Part shown: piece by piece, positions 47,301 to 56,294 of the stretch
Numbering within the stretch: the stretch's first letter is position 1
Layout: each line of letters opens with the position of its first letter
Assembly: GCA_963749445.1 (NCBI GenBank)
Contig: CAVVMJ010000005.1
Span: 98,915 to 162,914, forward strand
From: an uncultured bacterium
GTDB lineage: Bacteria > Patescibacteriota > Doudnabacteria > UBA920
DNA length: 64,000 bases
Direction of reading: 5' to 3'
The notes under the pieces: generated by a model
Told to the model about the DNA's origin: nothing
The model's input: only the letters and a program-made list of their open reading frames with translations
Databases searched by the model: none
Position numbers and translations under genes: made by a program

Positions 47301-50033
47301 GAACCATTACCAGCGACCAGGATGGTCCATGGAATGAGCTTTGGACCTTATGGCGGCACCACTAACTCAAATGCGGTCGGAACAATAGGAACCTTACAAT
47401 TCGGCGTTGCCGGTTCGGCCAGTTTGAACTTTACCAATGCCGGCGGCGGAACCAACGCCTTGGGCTTAGGCAACAGCTGGGTTATTGATATCAAAAATTC
47501 CGCTCCCAATGCTCCGGTCTACGGCGTGAACGCCGGCGGCGTGAGCTATCTTGGAATGACCGACGATCAGGGCAATTTCCACTTGGTGGGCCCCAGTTTG
47601 ACCCAAGCGGGCGATTGGCAAGTAAATATTGAAGTCGGCCAATCCGGCGATAGGCAAAGCGCAGGCTTACAACCGAATACTGTGGTCCATAATGTGGACA
47701 CCACTAAATTGACCCAAGTCGGCGATACTTTAAAGTTCAATGTTGCCACTACCCCGGCTCTTACTTTAGCTACGTTTAACCCTACTTTAATCCCAACGAA
47801 TCTTCTTACCGTGACTTTTCCGGGCGTATCAAACGGTACCTTACAACTTACTCAAAACTACAACAATCAATACTATGCCGATGCGACGACAGCTCAAAAT
47901 TTAGCAACGTTCTACGGTGGCACAGCGGTTAAAGTGCCGTTAAATTATGGCGGCGTTACCCTAAGCCCGGATGCGGCTTTTTACTGGGAAATTCAGTTTC
48001 CCGACGGTACGCAAATGAACGCCGGACAGTTAGCCACTTATTTTATTAACAATCCCCCGGCGCAGTTCCCGGGTTTGGCTGACACTTACGTTAAAAATGC
48101 GATTGCCTCGGCCGAATACTACCACGCTAATCCCAACGCGCCGGCAGGTTCCTATCCTGTTGCCACAACGGGCGGCCCGATTATTACCAGCACTCCCGCG
48201 GTAATAAATCCCAATACGCCCGTTACTCCGGCCGGAACGCTGGCCATAATTTCTCCGGTGACTTCAGCCTTGTTGGTCGGTACCGGTTATAATCTCCAAT
48301 TTACGGCCACCGGCGGCAGCGGTTCTTATACCTGGAGCGGCAGCGGATCCGTACCCACAGGTATGATTTTTGATGCCACCGGCAAGTTTTCCGGTACGCC
48401 CAGCAAAGCCGGAACGTATACTTTTTACGTAACGGCAAAAGACACAAAAACCAATACCGCCGTGACCAGTTCCGCCATTACCGTAACGGTGCAGGCTCCG
48501 GCTACAACCACCCAGACTGTTGCTACCCCGGTGATTAACGCCAACGGCGTAACGGCCAATGTTACGGCAGGCACTTTAACCATCATGGGCAGTAATTTTA
48601 ATACCAGTTTAACCGGCAACAGCGTGCAGGTTGTCAACAGCGCGGGTGTGGTAACCACCGCCTTAACGGTTTCGGCGGTAAACGCCGGTGGCACCCAGAT
48701 TACAGCTCTGCTACCCACGGGTTTAGCGGCAGGCACTTATACCTACAACGTGCAGGTCGTTAATACCGCGGATCCGAGCTTTAAAGCTTCCAACCGCGTA
48801 TCGGTTACCTTTACGATTGCGGCCGCGCCGCAATCCGCCGCGGCTACCGGTTCCAATGCAGCTCAATCCCAATCCGCCGCGGCAGCCAGTTCCGGCTTAT
48901 TGACCACGGCCCAGTTAAGTAATTATCAGACTGCTAACTTATTGACTATAGACCAGTTAAACAATACTCAAAGCACCGGCAATTTGACTCTGGATCAGCT
49001 GCGGGCAGGCGCGTCATCCGGTGCCGCCGGCTCCGCCGCCGCAAGCACCCTGACCATGGGTGATTTGACTTCAGACGGCGGCTCCGCTAAAACCGGTGCA
49101 GCTACCAAAACCGGTTCTACCGCCAGCTCCACAGGCGGCTTGACTATTGATGATTTGACATCAGGCGGCAGTTCCGCAAATGCCGGTAAAGCCACGACAG
49201 GCACCCTTACTATGGGTGATTTATCCGATCAAACTGGTAATGTTGCCGCAGCCGCAAGCACCGGCAGCGCTGCCGCCGCGTCATCCGCCGCCACCGGTAC
49301 AACATCCGGAACTTCATCCTCCACCACCAATACCGGAGGCGGCGGTGGGGGAGGCGGCACTTCATCCGGCGGCGGCGGGATTATAGCCGGCATTACGCCG
49401 TTCTTTACCACCATCAACCCGGCCAATGGGGCAGTCGGCCAATCCTACAGCGGTTCTATTCAGGCCATCAGCAACTACACTGTGACTTTCAACCTGATTG
49501 GCGGCTCCTTGCCTCCGGGACTGTCAATGAGTTCCGGCGGGACCATCACGGGCACCCCGACTACTGCCGGCACTTATACCTTTACGGTTCAAGCCGCAAC
49601 GTCGCAAGATGTTACCGCCACCAAGCAGTTCACTCTGGTTGTCGGCGCGGCCGGCAGTTCAATCGGCGGCGGAGTGTTAAACATGCAAAGCCTGGGCTCA
49701 ATCCAACAGGTAGCCGGAGCGCAGACTTTCCAGGGACTTCAGATGCCGAGCGGTTACGCGGCTTCGGGTGATGGTTCAGCCACCGGCGGCCTGCAGTACC
49801 CGGGCCTGCAAATGCCCGATGACCAAACCGCCGTCCAGGACCAAACCGGCCAACAATCGGCGGGCACCTATGTCGTTAAGAAAGGCGACACCCTGTGGAA
49901 AATCGCCAAAGCCACCACCGGTGACGGCCGCAACTGGCGCAAAATCCTAGCTGTTAATCCAGACTGTTTGAGTACTCCAGGCAACACCCGAACCCTCAAA
50001 GTCGGCGCGGTGCTGGTGATTCCGAAAATCTAA
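44341..50033 (+). CDS. Large surface protein: SGT repeats, three Ig-like repeats, putative Ig domains, C-terminal LysM; many frameshifts at about 44880-47320
   Basis: Consecutive ORF fragments with the same composition; IDDSQVNYNVPGTYTVT repeats; YVVKKGDTLWKIA LysM. Confidence 0.75.
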
Positions 50034-50065
50034 GCATTGACATAATTGATCAAAACGGCATTTAT

Positions 50066-50133
50066 GCCGTCCCGAACGGAGTGAGGGATCCCTCGACTCC
50101 CCCTCGACAAGCTCGGGGTCGCTCGGGATGACA
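50066..50133. repeat. Palindromic element with a nested CCCCTCGACAAGCTCGGGG hairpin
   Basis: GCCGTCCCGA...TCGGGATGAC ends. Confidence 0.65.
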
Positions 50134-50216
50134 GCTATAATAATAAATTATAGTTTGTCAATTATGTCAATGATTTTATGCTATAATAATTAAACTTAAA
50201 AAGTAAACCATACGTC

Positions 50217-51080
50217 ATGATTCATCATCACGAAAGCGAAAATGCGGCCGCGGCCGGAGCCGATGCCGCCGATAACCCTCATTGCGACCGCTGCGGCAAA
50301 GATTTAAGCTTTGCGGCTTACATCATCGGCGCCAGCTTGCTGGTGAGCGCGGTACTTGTTTCCGCCACCCTGCTTTACATTTTTAAAACCGCGTCAACGC
50401 GGCTTGATTCGGTGGGATCAACCATGGAGGCAGCGGTGCAAAAAATCGCGGCCCAAACCGCCGCGGCTATCCCTTCTCAACAACAAGTACCGCAGCAGCC
50501 CTCGGCCGTCCAGCCTTCCGCCGCCCCCGCTCCGACCGGACCGGTTAAAATCACGCTAAAGCCTAACACGCCCTATTTGGGCAGCAATACTGCCAAAGTC
50601 ACGGTGGTGGAGTACGCGGATTACCAGTGCCCGTTTTGCGAGAAGTGGTATAGCTCCGTGATGCCGGACTTAAAATCCAAATATATTGATACCGGCAAAA
50701 TCAAATTCGTCTACCAGGACTTCGCGTTTTTGGGCCCGGATTCCAACACCGCGGCCGAAGCTTCTCACTGCGCGGCCGACCAGAATAAATTCTGGCAGTA
50801 TCATGATTATCTGTTCAGCCATCAGGGGCAGGAGGGCTCAGCCTGGGCCACGGGCGATCATCAAAAGCAGTTCGCCGCGGCAGTGGGGCTGAACACGACC
50901 CAATTTAATAGCTGCCTGGACAGCGGCAAATACAAACAGGAAGTTTTGGATGAAACCGCGGCCGGTAAAAGCTACGGCGTCAGCGGCACGCCGAGCGTGT
51001 TTGTCAACGGACAGATTATCGTTGGCGCCCAGCCAGCCGCCACTTTTGAGAAGGCCATAGACGCGGCGTTGAAAAAATAA
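50217..51080 (+). CDS. DsbA/BdbD-family thiol-disulfide oxidoreductase
   Basis: EYADYQCPFC, GTPS; N-terminal TM helix. Confidence 0.93.
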   Translation: MIHHHESENAAAAGADAADNPHCDRCGKDLSFAAYIIGASLLVSAVLVSATLLYIFKTASTRLDSVGSTMEAAVQKIAAQTAAAIPSQQQVPQQPSAVQPSAAPAPTGPVKITLKPNTPYLGSNTAKVTVVEYADYQCPFCEKWYSSVMPDLKSKYIDTGKIKFVYQDFAFLGPDSNTAAEASHCAADQNKFWQYHDYLFSHQGQEGSAWATGDHQKQFAAAVGLNTTQFNSCLDSGKYKQEVLDETAAGKSYGVSGTPSVFVNGQIIVGAQPAATFEKAIDAALKK

Positions 51081-51110
51081 CCCTTTGATTCTTTTCGGGT
51101 TTGAAATAAC

Positions 51111-51141
51111 CAAAAAACCACTGTGATACGGTGGTTTTTTG
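51111..51141 (+). terminator. Intrinsic terminator
   Basis: CAAAAAACCAC...GTGGTTTTTTG. Confidence 0.6.
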
Positions 51142-51178
51142 ATTTAAACTAGATCTGTTGGGTCTGTTAACTAAATCG

Positions 51179-51285
51179 GTTGGTGGATAAATCAAAATCG
51201 CGGGACTGGTGCATATATCTGTTGGTGGATAAATCAAAATCGCGGGACTGGTGCATATATCTGTTGGTGGATAAATCAAAATCGC
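51179..51285. repeat. 42-bp perfect tandem repeat, about 2.5 copies
   Basis: GTTGGTGGATAAATCAAAATCGCGGGACTGGTGCATATATCT at 51179 and 51221, partial copy at 51263. Confidence 0.9.
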
Positions 51286-51458
51286 CTGTAGCTACAGGCG
51301 ATTTTGTGTATTTTTTCGTTACTAATTTCGTTTTTGAAATTAGTTTTATTTTTATCGCAATCGGTAAATTATGAATGCCTTATAAACACTAGCGTTCATC
51401 GATAATTTTAACGTTTAGCGAACGAATTTACCAACCAAAATGGTTAACAGTCCCGATC

Positions 51459-51576
51459 TGTTGCGTTTGCGCGTACGTACGCGTATATTAAACAAATGAT
51501 ATTTTAGCGAAAAGCTGTTTCCGGATAAATTGTAAATTTGTTGCATTTATTCGTACGTACGAATAAATGCAACAAA
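51459..51576. repeat. Two CGTACGTACG-centred palindromes downstream of the PaaX-like gene
   Basis: 51459-51496, and the perfect palindrome TTTGTTGCATTTATTCGTACGTACGAATAAATGCAACAAA at about 51537-51576. Confidence 0.85.
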
Positions 51577-51592
51577 GCCCGCGGTAAATAAT

Positions 51593-52126
51593 TCAGCCTG
51601 ACCCGGTGAGTTTAAAGTGTTTCAACAAATCCTTGTCGTCGTCCAACTCCTCCAGCCTGCCTATGCGGATATAATCAATCAGTCCTGTACTTTTCAGGTA
51701 CGTTATCGCCTCGCGGTTCAGCGGGTAAGGGGTCAGGTAGACGCTGGCCTGGAGTTTGAAGAATTCACCGGATTTTAGCAGCCTTCTGAGTTTGTCGCGC
51801 TTGTCGTTGGCATCGCGGGGGATATCAAACATAATCATCCGCCATTTGCCGTCCCACGTTTGTTTTTTGGGCAGCCATGCTTTGGCCATAAGCAGTTCCA
51901 GCTGGCCTTTGCGGGTCAAGCGCAAAAATTTTTGTCCCGCCGCGGTTTTTGTGATGTTTACATAGCCTTTGCGGCGGAGCCTGTAGGCGGTTTGGCGGTA
52001 TTGTTCGTAAGTGCCCGGCTGGCGTTTTTGCTCCCATTGCCGTTTGGATGAAAAAATGGACGTGAAGCCGTCTACAAAGGCAAATAACAGAAAACTTTGG
52101 GGATAGTGTCTTAAACTTCGCGGCAT
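51593..52126 (-). CDS. PaaX-like protein: winged helix plus Cas2-like ferredoxin domain
   Basis: YRLRRKGYV..LRLTRKG; WDGKWRMIMFDIP; R..LR..LK..F.KLQASVY. Confidence 0.88.
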   Translation of the reverse strand: MPRSLRHYPQSFLLFAFVDGFTSIFSSKRQWEQKRQPGTYEQYRQTAYRLRRKGYVNITKTAAGQKFLRLTRKGQLELLMAKAWLPKKQTWDGKWRMIMFDIPRDANDKRDKLRRLLKSGEFFKLQASVYLTPYPLNREAITYLKSTGLIDYIRIGRLEELDDDKDLLKHFKLTGSG

Positions 52127-52145
52127 ATTTTTTGATTTATCCTAT

Positions 52146-52268
52146 GTGTTTAATATACGCGTACGTACGCGTATTGTCAACAGATTATGTTTGGTGGAAA
52201 GCGCGGTTTTTGATTTTTGATGTGGCAACAGTTGTTTAGTTTATGCGTACGTGCGTGTAAACGCAACA
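52146..52268. repeat. Two CGTACGTACG-centred palindromes upstream of the PaaX-like gene; the first fills its promoter spacer
   Basis: Minus strand TTGACA-ATACGCGTACGTACGCG-TATATT (52180-52152). Confidence 0.8.
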
Positions 52269-52288
52269 AGGGAAAGCGATTGATAAAA

Positions 52289-52326
52289 CATTCCTGATTT
52301 TGACGGCCGTCAAAATCAGGAATGTA
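52289..52326. repeat. Perfect 38-bp palindrome
   Basis: ACATTCCTGATTTTGACGGCCGTCAAAATCAGGAATGT. Confidence 0.8.
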
Positions 52327-52371
52327 ATAAAAATCGAGAATGAAATCGGGAAATCTTGCCTGTCGGCGGAA

Positions 52372-52920
52372 TCAGGAAAAACCGGCGGGCGGGATTTTTT
52401 TTAGCGGGAGCCGATGCCGTTTTAAAACGATTAAGCACAGCAGGAAAAGGCCGGCGAAAAAGAAGACGGCGGCAATTGAGTGGCCTGTTAAGTTTTGATC
52501 GGAAGGGGGCGGCAAAATGACAGTCAGCGGGATTTTGACTCCGGCGGCCACGGCCAGATTTTTTTTATCCAGCGGCCGCGCCAAAACATCCAGGGACGTA
52601 ACAAAAGGCGCGCCGGCCCGATTTTGGATTTCGGCGGACAGGCGTTTGGCGTCCACGCGGATGCTGACAGTTTTCCGGCCGCCCGGCCCCAAAGCAAAAT
52701 CATTCGGTTCAACGGTGATGGCGCTGGGGAAGTCTGGGGCGTAAATCTGGAAAGTTTGCGCGTCGGCTGTCGGGTTGGCCACTGTCAGCTGCCCCGTTGT
52801 CTGAGCCGGCGCCTGTAAATCCAGTTTGCTGGGGGAAACCCCGATGCCGGAAGCAAGGGCGGTTGGAGCCATAAATGGCATTAGATATATTACGATGGCG
52901 ATTAGTGTCTTTTTAATCAT
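52372..52920 (-). CDS. Membrane-anchored Ig-like (PapD/DUF916-like) protein
   Basis: Signal peptide, GIGVSPSKL, LTVANP, C-terminal TM helix. Confidence 0.65.
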   Translation of the reverse strand: MIKKTLIAIVIYLMPFMAPTALASGIGVSPSKLDLQAPAQTTGQLTVANPTADAQTFQIYAPDFPSAITVEPNDFALGPGGRKTVSIRVDAKRLSAEIQNRAGAPFVTSLDVLARPLDKKNLAVAAGVKIPLTVILPPPSDQNLTGHSIAAVFFFAGLFLLCLIVLKRHRLPLKKIPPAGFS

Positions 52921-52935
52921 GTTTTTTGGCCATAA

Positions 52936-53071
52936 TGCCAAATATCAAATTCCAAATTTCAAATGAATGCCAAATGGCCAATTGCCAAGATCAAATTTGC
53001 CGCAGTTTTTGAAATTTGGCATTTAAGAATTGGGATTTTATTTGAAATTTGATATTTGTAATTTGAAATTT
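52936..53071. repeat. Empty inverted pair of CAAAT tandem repeats
   Basis: Same family as 37539-37645. Confidence 0.75.
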
Positions 53072-54903
53072 TACTCCGGGCTTGCCCACAGCACCAGTTG
53101 GCCGGTTTTGGGGCCGCTGGCGCCGGCAAAGCCGCTCGGGACGTTTAAGCCGGCGGTTAGCGTGGAATTTTGCTTGGCGCCGACGATGCCGCTAAAGTTT
53201 TGCCAGAACTTATTGTTGAGCGAGAGATTGTCGGTAAACAGGGGGTCGCCGGAAACCGAGGCGGACAGGCTAAGGCCGACGCTGCCGGTGTTTTGCACGG
53301 TGAGGCTTTTGCTGATTTTGGAGCCGGGGGAAACGGCGCCGAAATCCAAATTGGAAACGTCAACCGTGAACGATACGGAAAAAGACGATTGGTCGGGTGT
53401 GGAAGTGCCCGCTATAAGTCCCGAATCTTGTTGAGGAGCCGCCTGGCCGCCGCTAAAATTGGCGCTCAGGCTCACAGCGGAGGAAGCCGGCCGGCCGACT
53501 TTGAGCGCGACTTGGTTGCTGCGGATGTAGCCGGATTTTTCGGCGTAGACTTTGTAGTAACCGTCCGGGGCGGCAATAACAGCGGTGCCGGCGCTGTCGG
53601 TAGCGGCAGTCGCGTTGCCAAAGTAGACGTTGGCGCCGGACAGGGGAGATAAGGCGTTATTATTGTAGCTTTGCACCGCGGCCGTGACGCTTTGTCCGGA
53701 ATCGGCGGCGGCGGCGGACAAATCAAGTTTAAGCGGCTGCCAGTCAAAGCCGCCAAAGTAAATCAGCAAATTGTCGTTAGGCTGTACCGCAAAGTCCGCG
53801 GCGCCGACCTGCAGGGGGACGTTATTATCCAAAAAAATCCAGCCGGTATTGCCAAAAGCGGCGTCGCTGTTGATTTGGTCCAAATACGGACCGTAACCCG
53901 TTGATTTGATGTCATAAGTAAAACCGCAGCTGGCGGAAGCGTTTTTTACCACATCGATTGCGGTTATGGCTGCCACTTGCCCCGTGCAGATTGGCCCGGC
54001 GGAACCTTCTATCCTAAAGTTGACCGTAAACGTTTGGGCTGCGGAAATAATTTTAAGCGGCAAAGTTTTGCCGGACAGGGCAATTACCGCGTCGGCCGTA
54101 ACCGAAGGAGACGCGTCGGCGGTGTCCGTGGCCAGCCATTTAAAGCTGCCATCCGGATTTTGATAGGAAACTAAAAAGCTCATTGGATTGTTGCCGCCTT
54201 TTGTCCAAGTTTGCGGGTCAACGCCTAAAGCGTCTAACGCCCAGACTACCCAGGAAGTGGAAGAGGAATCCGTATTGCCGCTTGAGGGGTCATATAAGAA
54301 TCCGCCGTCTTGGCCCTGGTCTGTTTTTAAGTAAGCTAAGGCTGAGGCAATATGGCTGTCGGCAGAGGAGGCACCCGCGGCAACCAAAGCCATTATCGCG
54401 GCCGCGGTATCGTTGCTGTCGGAACCTGCCGTAACAGACCAGCCCCACCCGCCGTCGCCGTTTTGATGCGCTAGGATAAAGTTTTTGGAATCAATTATAT
54501 TTTGGTCGTTTATGGGCACTCCGGCGGAGGCCAATGCGAGGATGCCGAAAAAATCATCGTTAAGTGCGGTAATGTCGCCGAGTTGGCTTTGGTTGTGGTA
54601 ACTTTCCAGTGCCGCGACGTAATCTATGGAACCAAAAGTTTTGGGGTTCTGGTTTAAAGATGTAATGGCTAAAATCGGGGCTTCAAAATTTATTGCCGAC
54701 GAACCCGAAACGTTTTTTAAATAGTCGGCCGGTATGTTGTTTGCTCCGAGCGCCGACAGAGCCATTGTCGGCCACGGATTGTTTGAATGGGCGAGCAAAT
54801 AATTTTGAGCTGACTCCTGATTGTAATCGGCTTTGGATAAAATAGGGAAGAAGAGGTTGACGATTACAATAACAGAGAACAATAATGAGAGTTTGGGTTT
54901 CAT
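53071..54903 (-). CDS. Secreted prenyltransferase-repeat + DUF4430 (transcobalamin-like) protein, probable cobalamin binder
   Basis: QNGDGGWG, QGQDGGF and QNPDGSF repeats; YGPYLDQI...GWIFLDNN..QVGAADF; B12 riboswitch upstream. Confidence 0.8.
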   Translation of the reverse strand: MKPKLSLLFSVIVIVNLFFPILSKADYNQESAQNYLLAHSNNPWPTMALSALGANNIPADYLKNVSGSSAINFEAPILAITSLNQNPKTFGSIDYVAALESYHNQSQLGDITALNDDFFGILALASAGVPINDQNIIDSKNFILAHQNGDGGWGWSVTAGSDSNDTAAAIMALVAAGASSADSHIASALAYLKTDQGQDGGFLYDPSSGNTDSSSTSWVVWALDALGVDPQTWTKGGNNPMSFLVSYQNPDGSFKWLATDTADASPSVTADAVIALSGKTLPLKIISAAQTFTVNFRIEGSAGPICTGQVAAITAIDVVKNASASCGFTYDIKSTGYGPYLDQINSDAAFGNTGWIFLDNNVPLQVGAADFAVQPNDNLLIYFGGFDWQPLKLDLSAAAADSGQSVTAAVQSYNNNALSPLSGANVYFGNATAATDSAGTAVIAAPDGYYKVYAEKSGYIRSNQVALKVGRPASSAVSLSANFSGGQAAPQQDSGLIAGTSTPDQSSFSVSFTVDVSNLDFGAVSPGSKISKSLTVQNTGSVGLSLSASVSGDPLFTDNLSLNNKFWQNFSGIVGAKQNSTLTAGLNVPSGFAGASGPKTGQLVLWASPE

Positions 54904-55175
54904 ATTTGTGGAATTAATTATTTAGACAAAAGCATCGGCTATCGTCTTCGTCACCGGCTTCGCTATGGTTTCGGCGACAAGCCGGCGGATTGTTCGCAAT
55001 AATTTTATTAGCGACGTAGAGCGAGAGAAACTAAATAGCTTGCTATTTAGTTTCCGAGCCGAGGAGCTAATATAGGTTCAATACCTGGCAGCTCTGCTGC
55101 GTATTGATAGCATCTCCTTGGAAATACCTCGGAGCTCTGTTCCGAGGAACCTTTATTACTGATAACTTGGCTACC

Positions 55176-55231
55176 CGTCTTCGCTTCCGACTTCGCCAAG
55201 GCTACGTCGGACAAGAAAGCTACGGCGGGTT
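55176..55231. repeat. Nested CTTCGCCAAGGCTAC-type palindromes in the B12 leader
   Basis: CCGACTTCGCCAAGGCTACGTCGG lies inside CCCGTCTTCGC...GCTACGGCGGG; same family as the inserts in purL and the giant protein. Confidence 0.65.
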
Positions 55232-55333
55232 GTTTTTCAGCAAAGCTGAAAAACAAAAAACCGCTCAACAAGCAGGCGGTAAATAATTATAATATAGATT
55301 GTGTCTATATTAAATTCCTGCTCGGGAGTTTGT

Positions 55334-55428
55334 TGTTTATTTAGTAACCGGACTGACCCCGACATTTGTCGGAGATTACCGTTGCGGCACAGTGCCGGAT
55401 TTTCACCGGGCTTCCCTAAAATAAACAT
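55334..55428 (-). promoter_or_regulatory. Cobalamin riboswitch
   Basis: Minus strand AGGGAAGCCCGGTGAAAATCCGGCACTGTGCCGCAACGGTAA...AGTCCGGTTAC, closed by TGTTTATTT/AAATAAACA; promoter TTGACA-17-TAGAAT at 55478-55450. Confidence 0.88.
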
Positions 55429-56294
55429 TTGAATTTTTAACGTAATTGGATTCTATACCGGGAGATAAAAGTTGTCAATCCCGCAAAGTCCCCGGATGGG
55501 CGCCATCCGGTGTCGTCATCCGTTGAAAGCCTTGACAGCTTGGTAATGGGCTTAAAACGGTAAAAACTTAAATAAATAACTGTGGATATTTAAGGCTTGG
55601 CCCAAACGTCTAAAATCAGGGCCTTTGACAAAATCTCTTGCAATGTGTTTTGGGTAAAATCGGTCAATTTTTGGGGTTTTTTGTTTCTCTTTCAAATATG
55701 AGGGATTTTACATATGTGTAACATTTAAGTTAAACCGACTATTAAAATAGTTTCATCAAGCCCGAAAAATGCTTGTTGCACGTTTTATGATTCATTTAAT
55801 TGAACGTTGTAAAAATGAATTAAAAATCTTGTGAACAATTTGCTCCAAAATTCAAATATTTTTCCCCTAACTAAAATTTACAAGCAAATTGTTCCATACC
55901 AAATCTTGTCAGATAAATTTTTTTGTTTAACCTGATAAAAAATTGAAAAGAATTTTCCTTTTAAAAGGAAAATTCTTTTATGTTGCCTGACCGCCGAAAA
56001 TCCGGCTTTTTTTTCGGCCTTTTTTGCCGAATATTTCATTTCTTTCGCTCCAAAAGATGAAACCGAGTTATTGGACCCAATAGCATTTGATTTATAGAAG
56101 TTAGCACGTAAAAAAGGAAAAAAAGTTTTATCAAAACGCGGCGGGTTTTATTGACTTGGATTTACGTAAGAAGCTATAATTATATTAGATATCGCTTATC
56201 CGAGATTAAGCGAAAACGGCCAGAAATAAAAGCAAAAGGTTTAACCAAAAAAAAGCGTTCTCGGTTATCCGAGATGCAAATAAAATTCTAAAAA

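Noticed and set aside
51179-52268. CRISPR array beside a Cas2-like gene
   Set aside because: The 42-bp units have identical 'spacers', the palindromes are degenerate and only paired, and there is no cas1 or effector gene.
55480-56290. Replication origin in the long AT-rich gap
   Set aside because: No perfect DnaA boxes seen and no dnaA/dnaN nearby; explained as a divergent promoter region.
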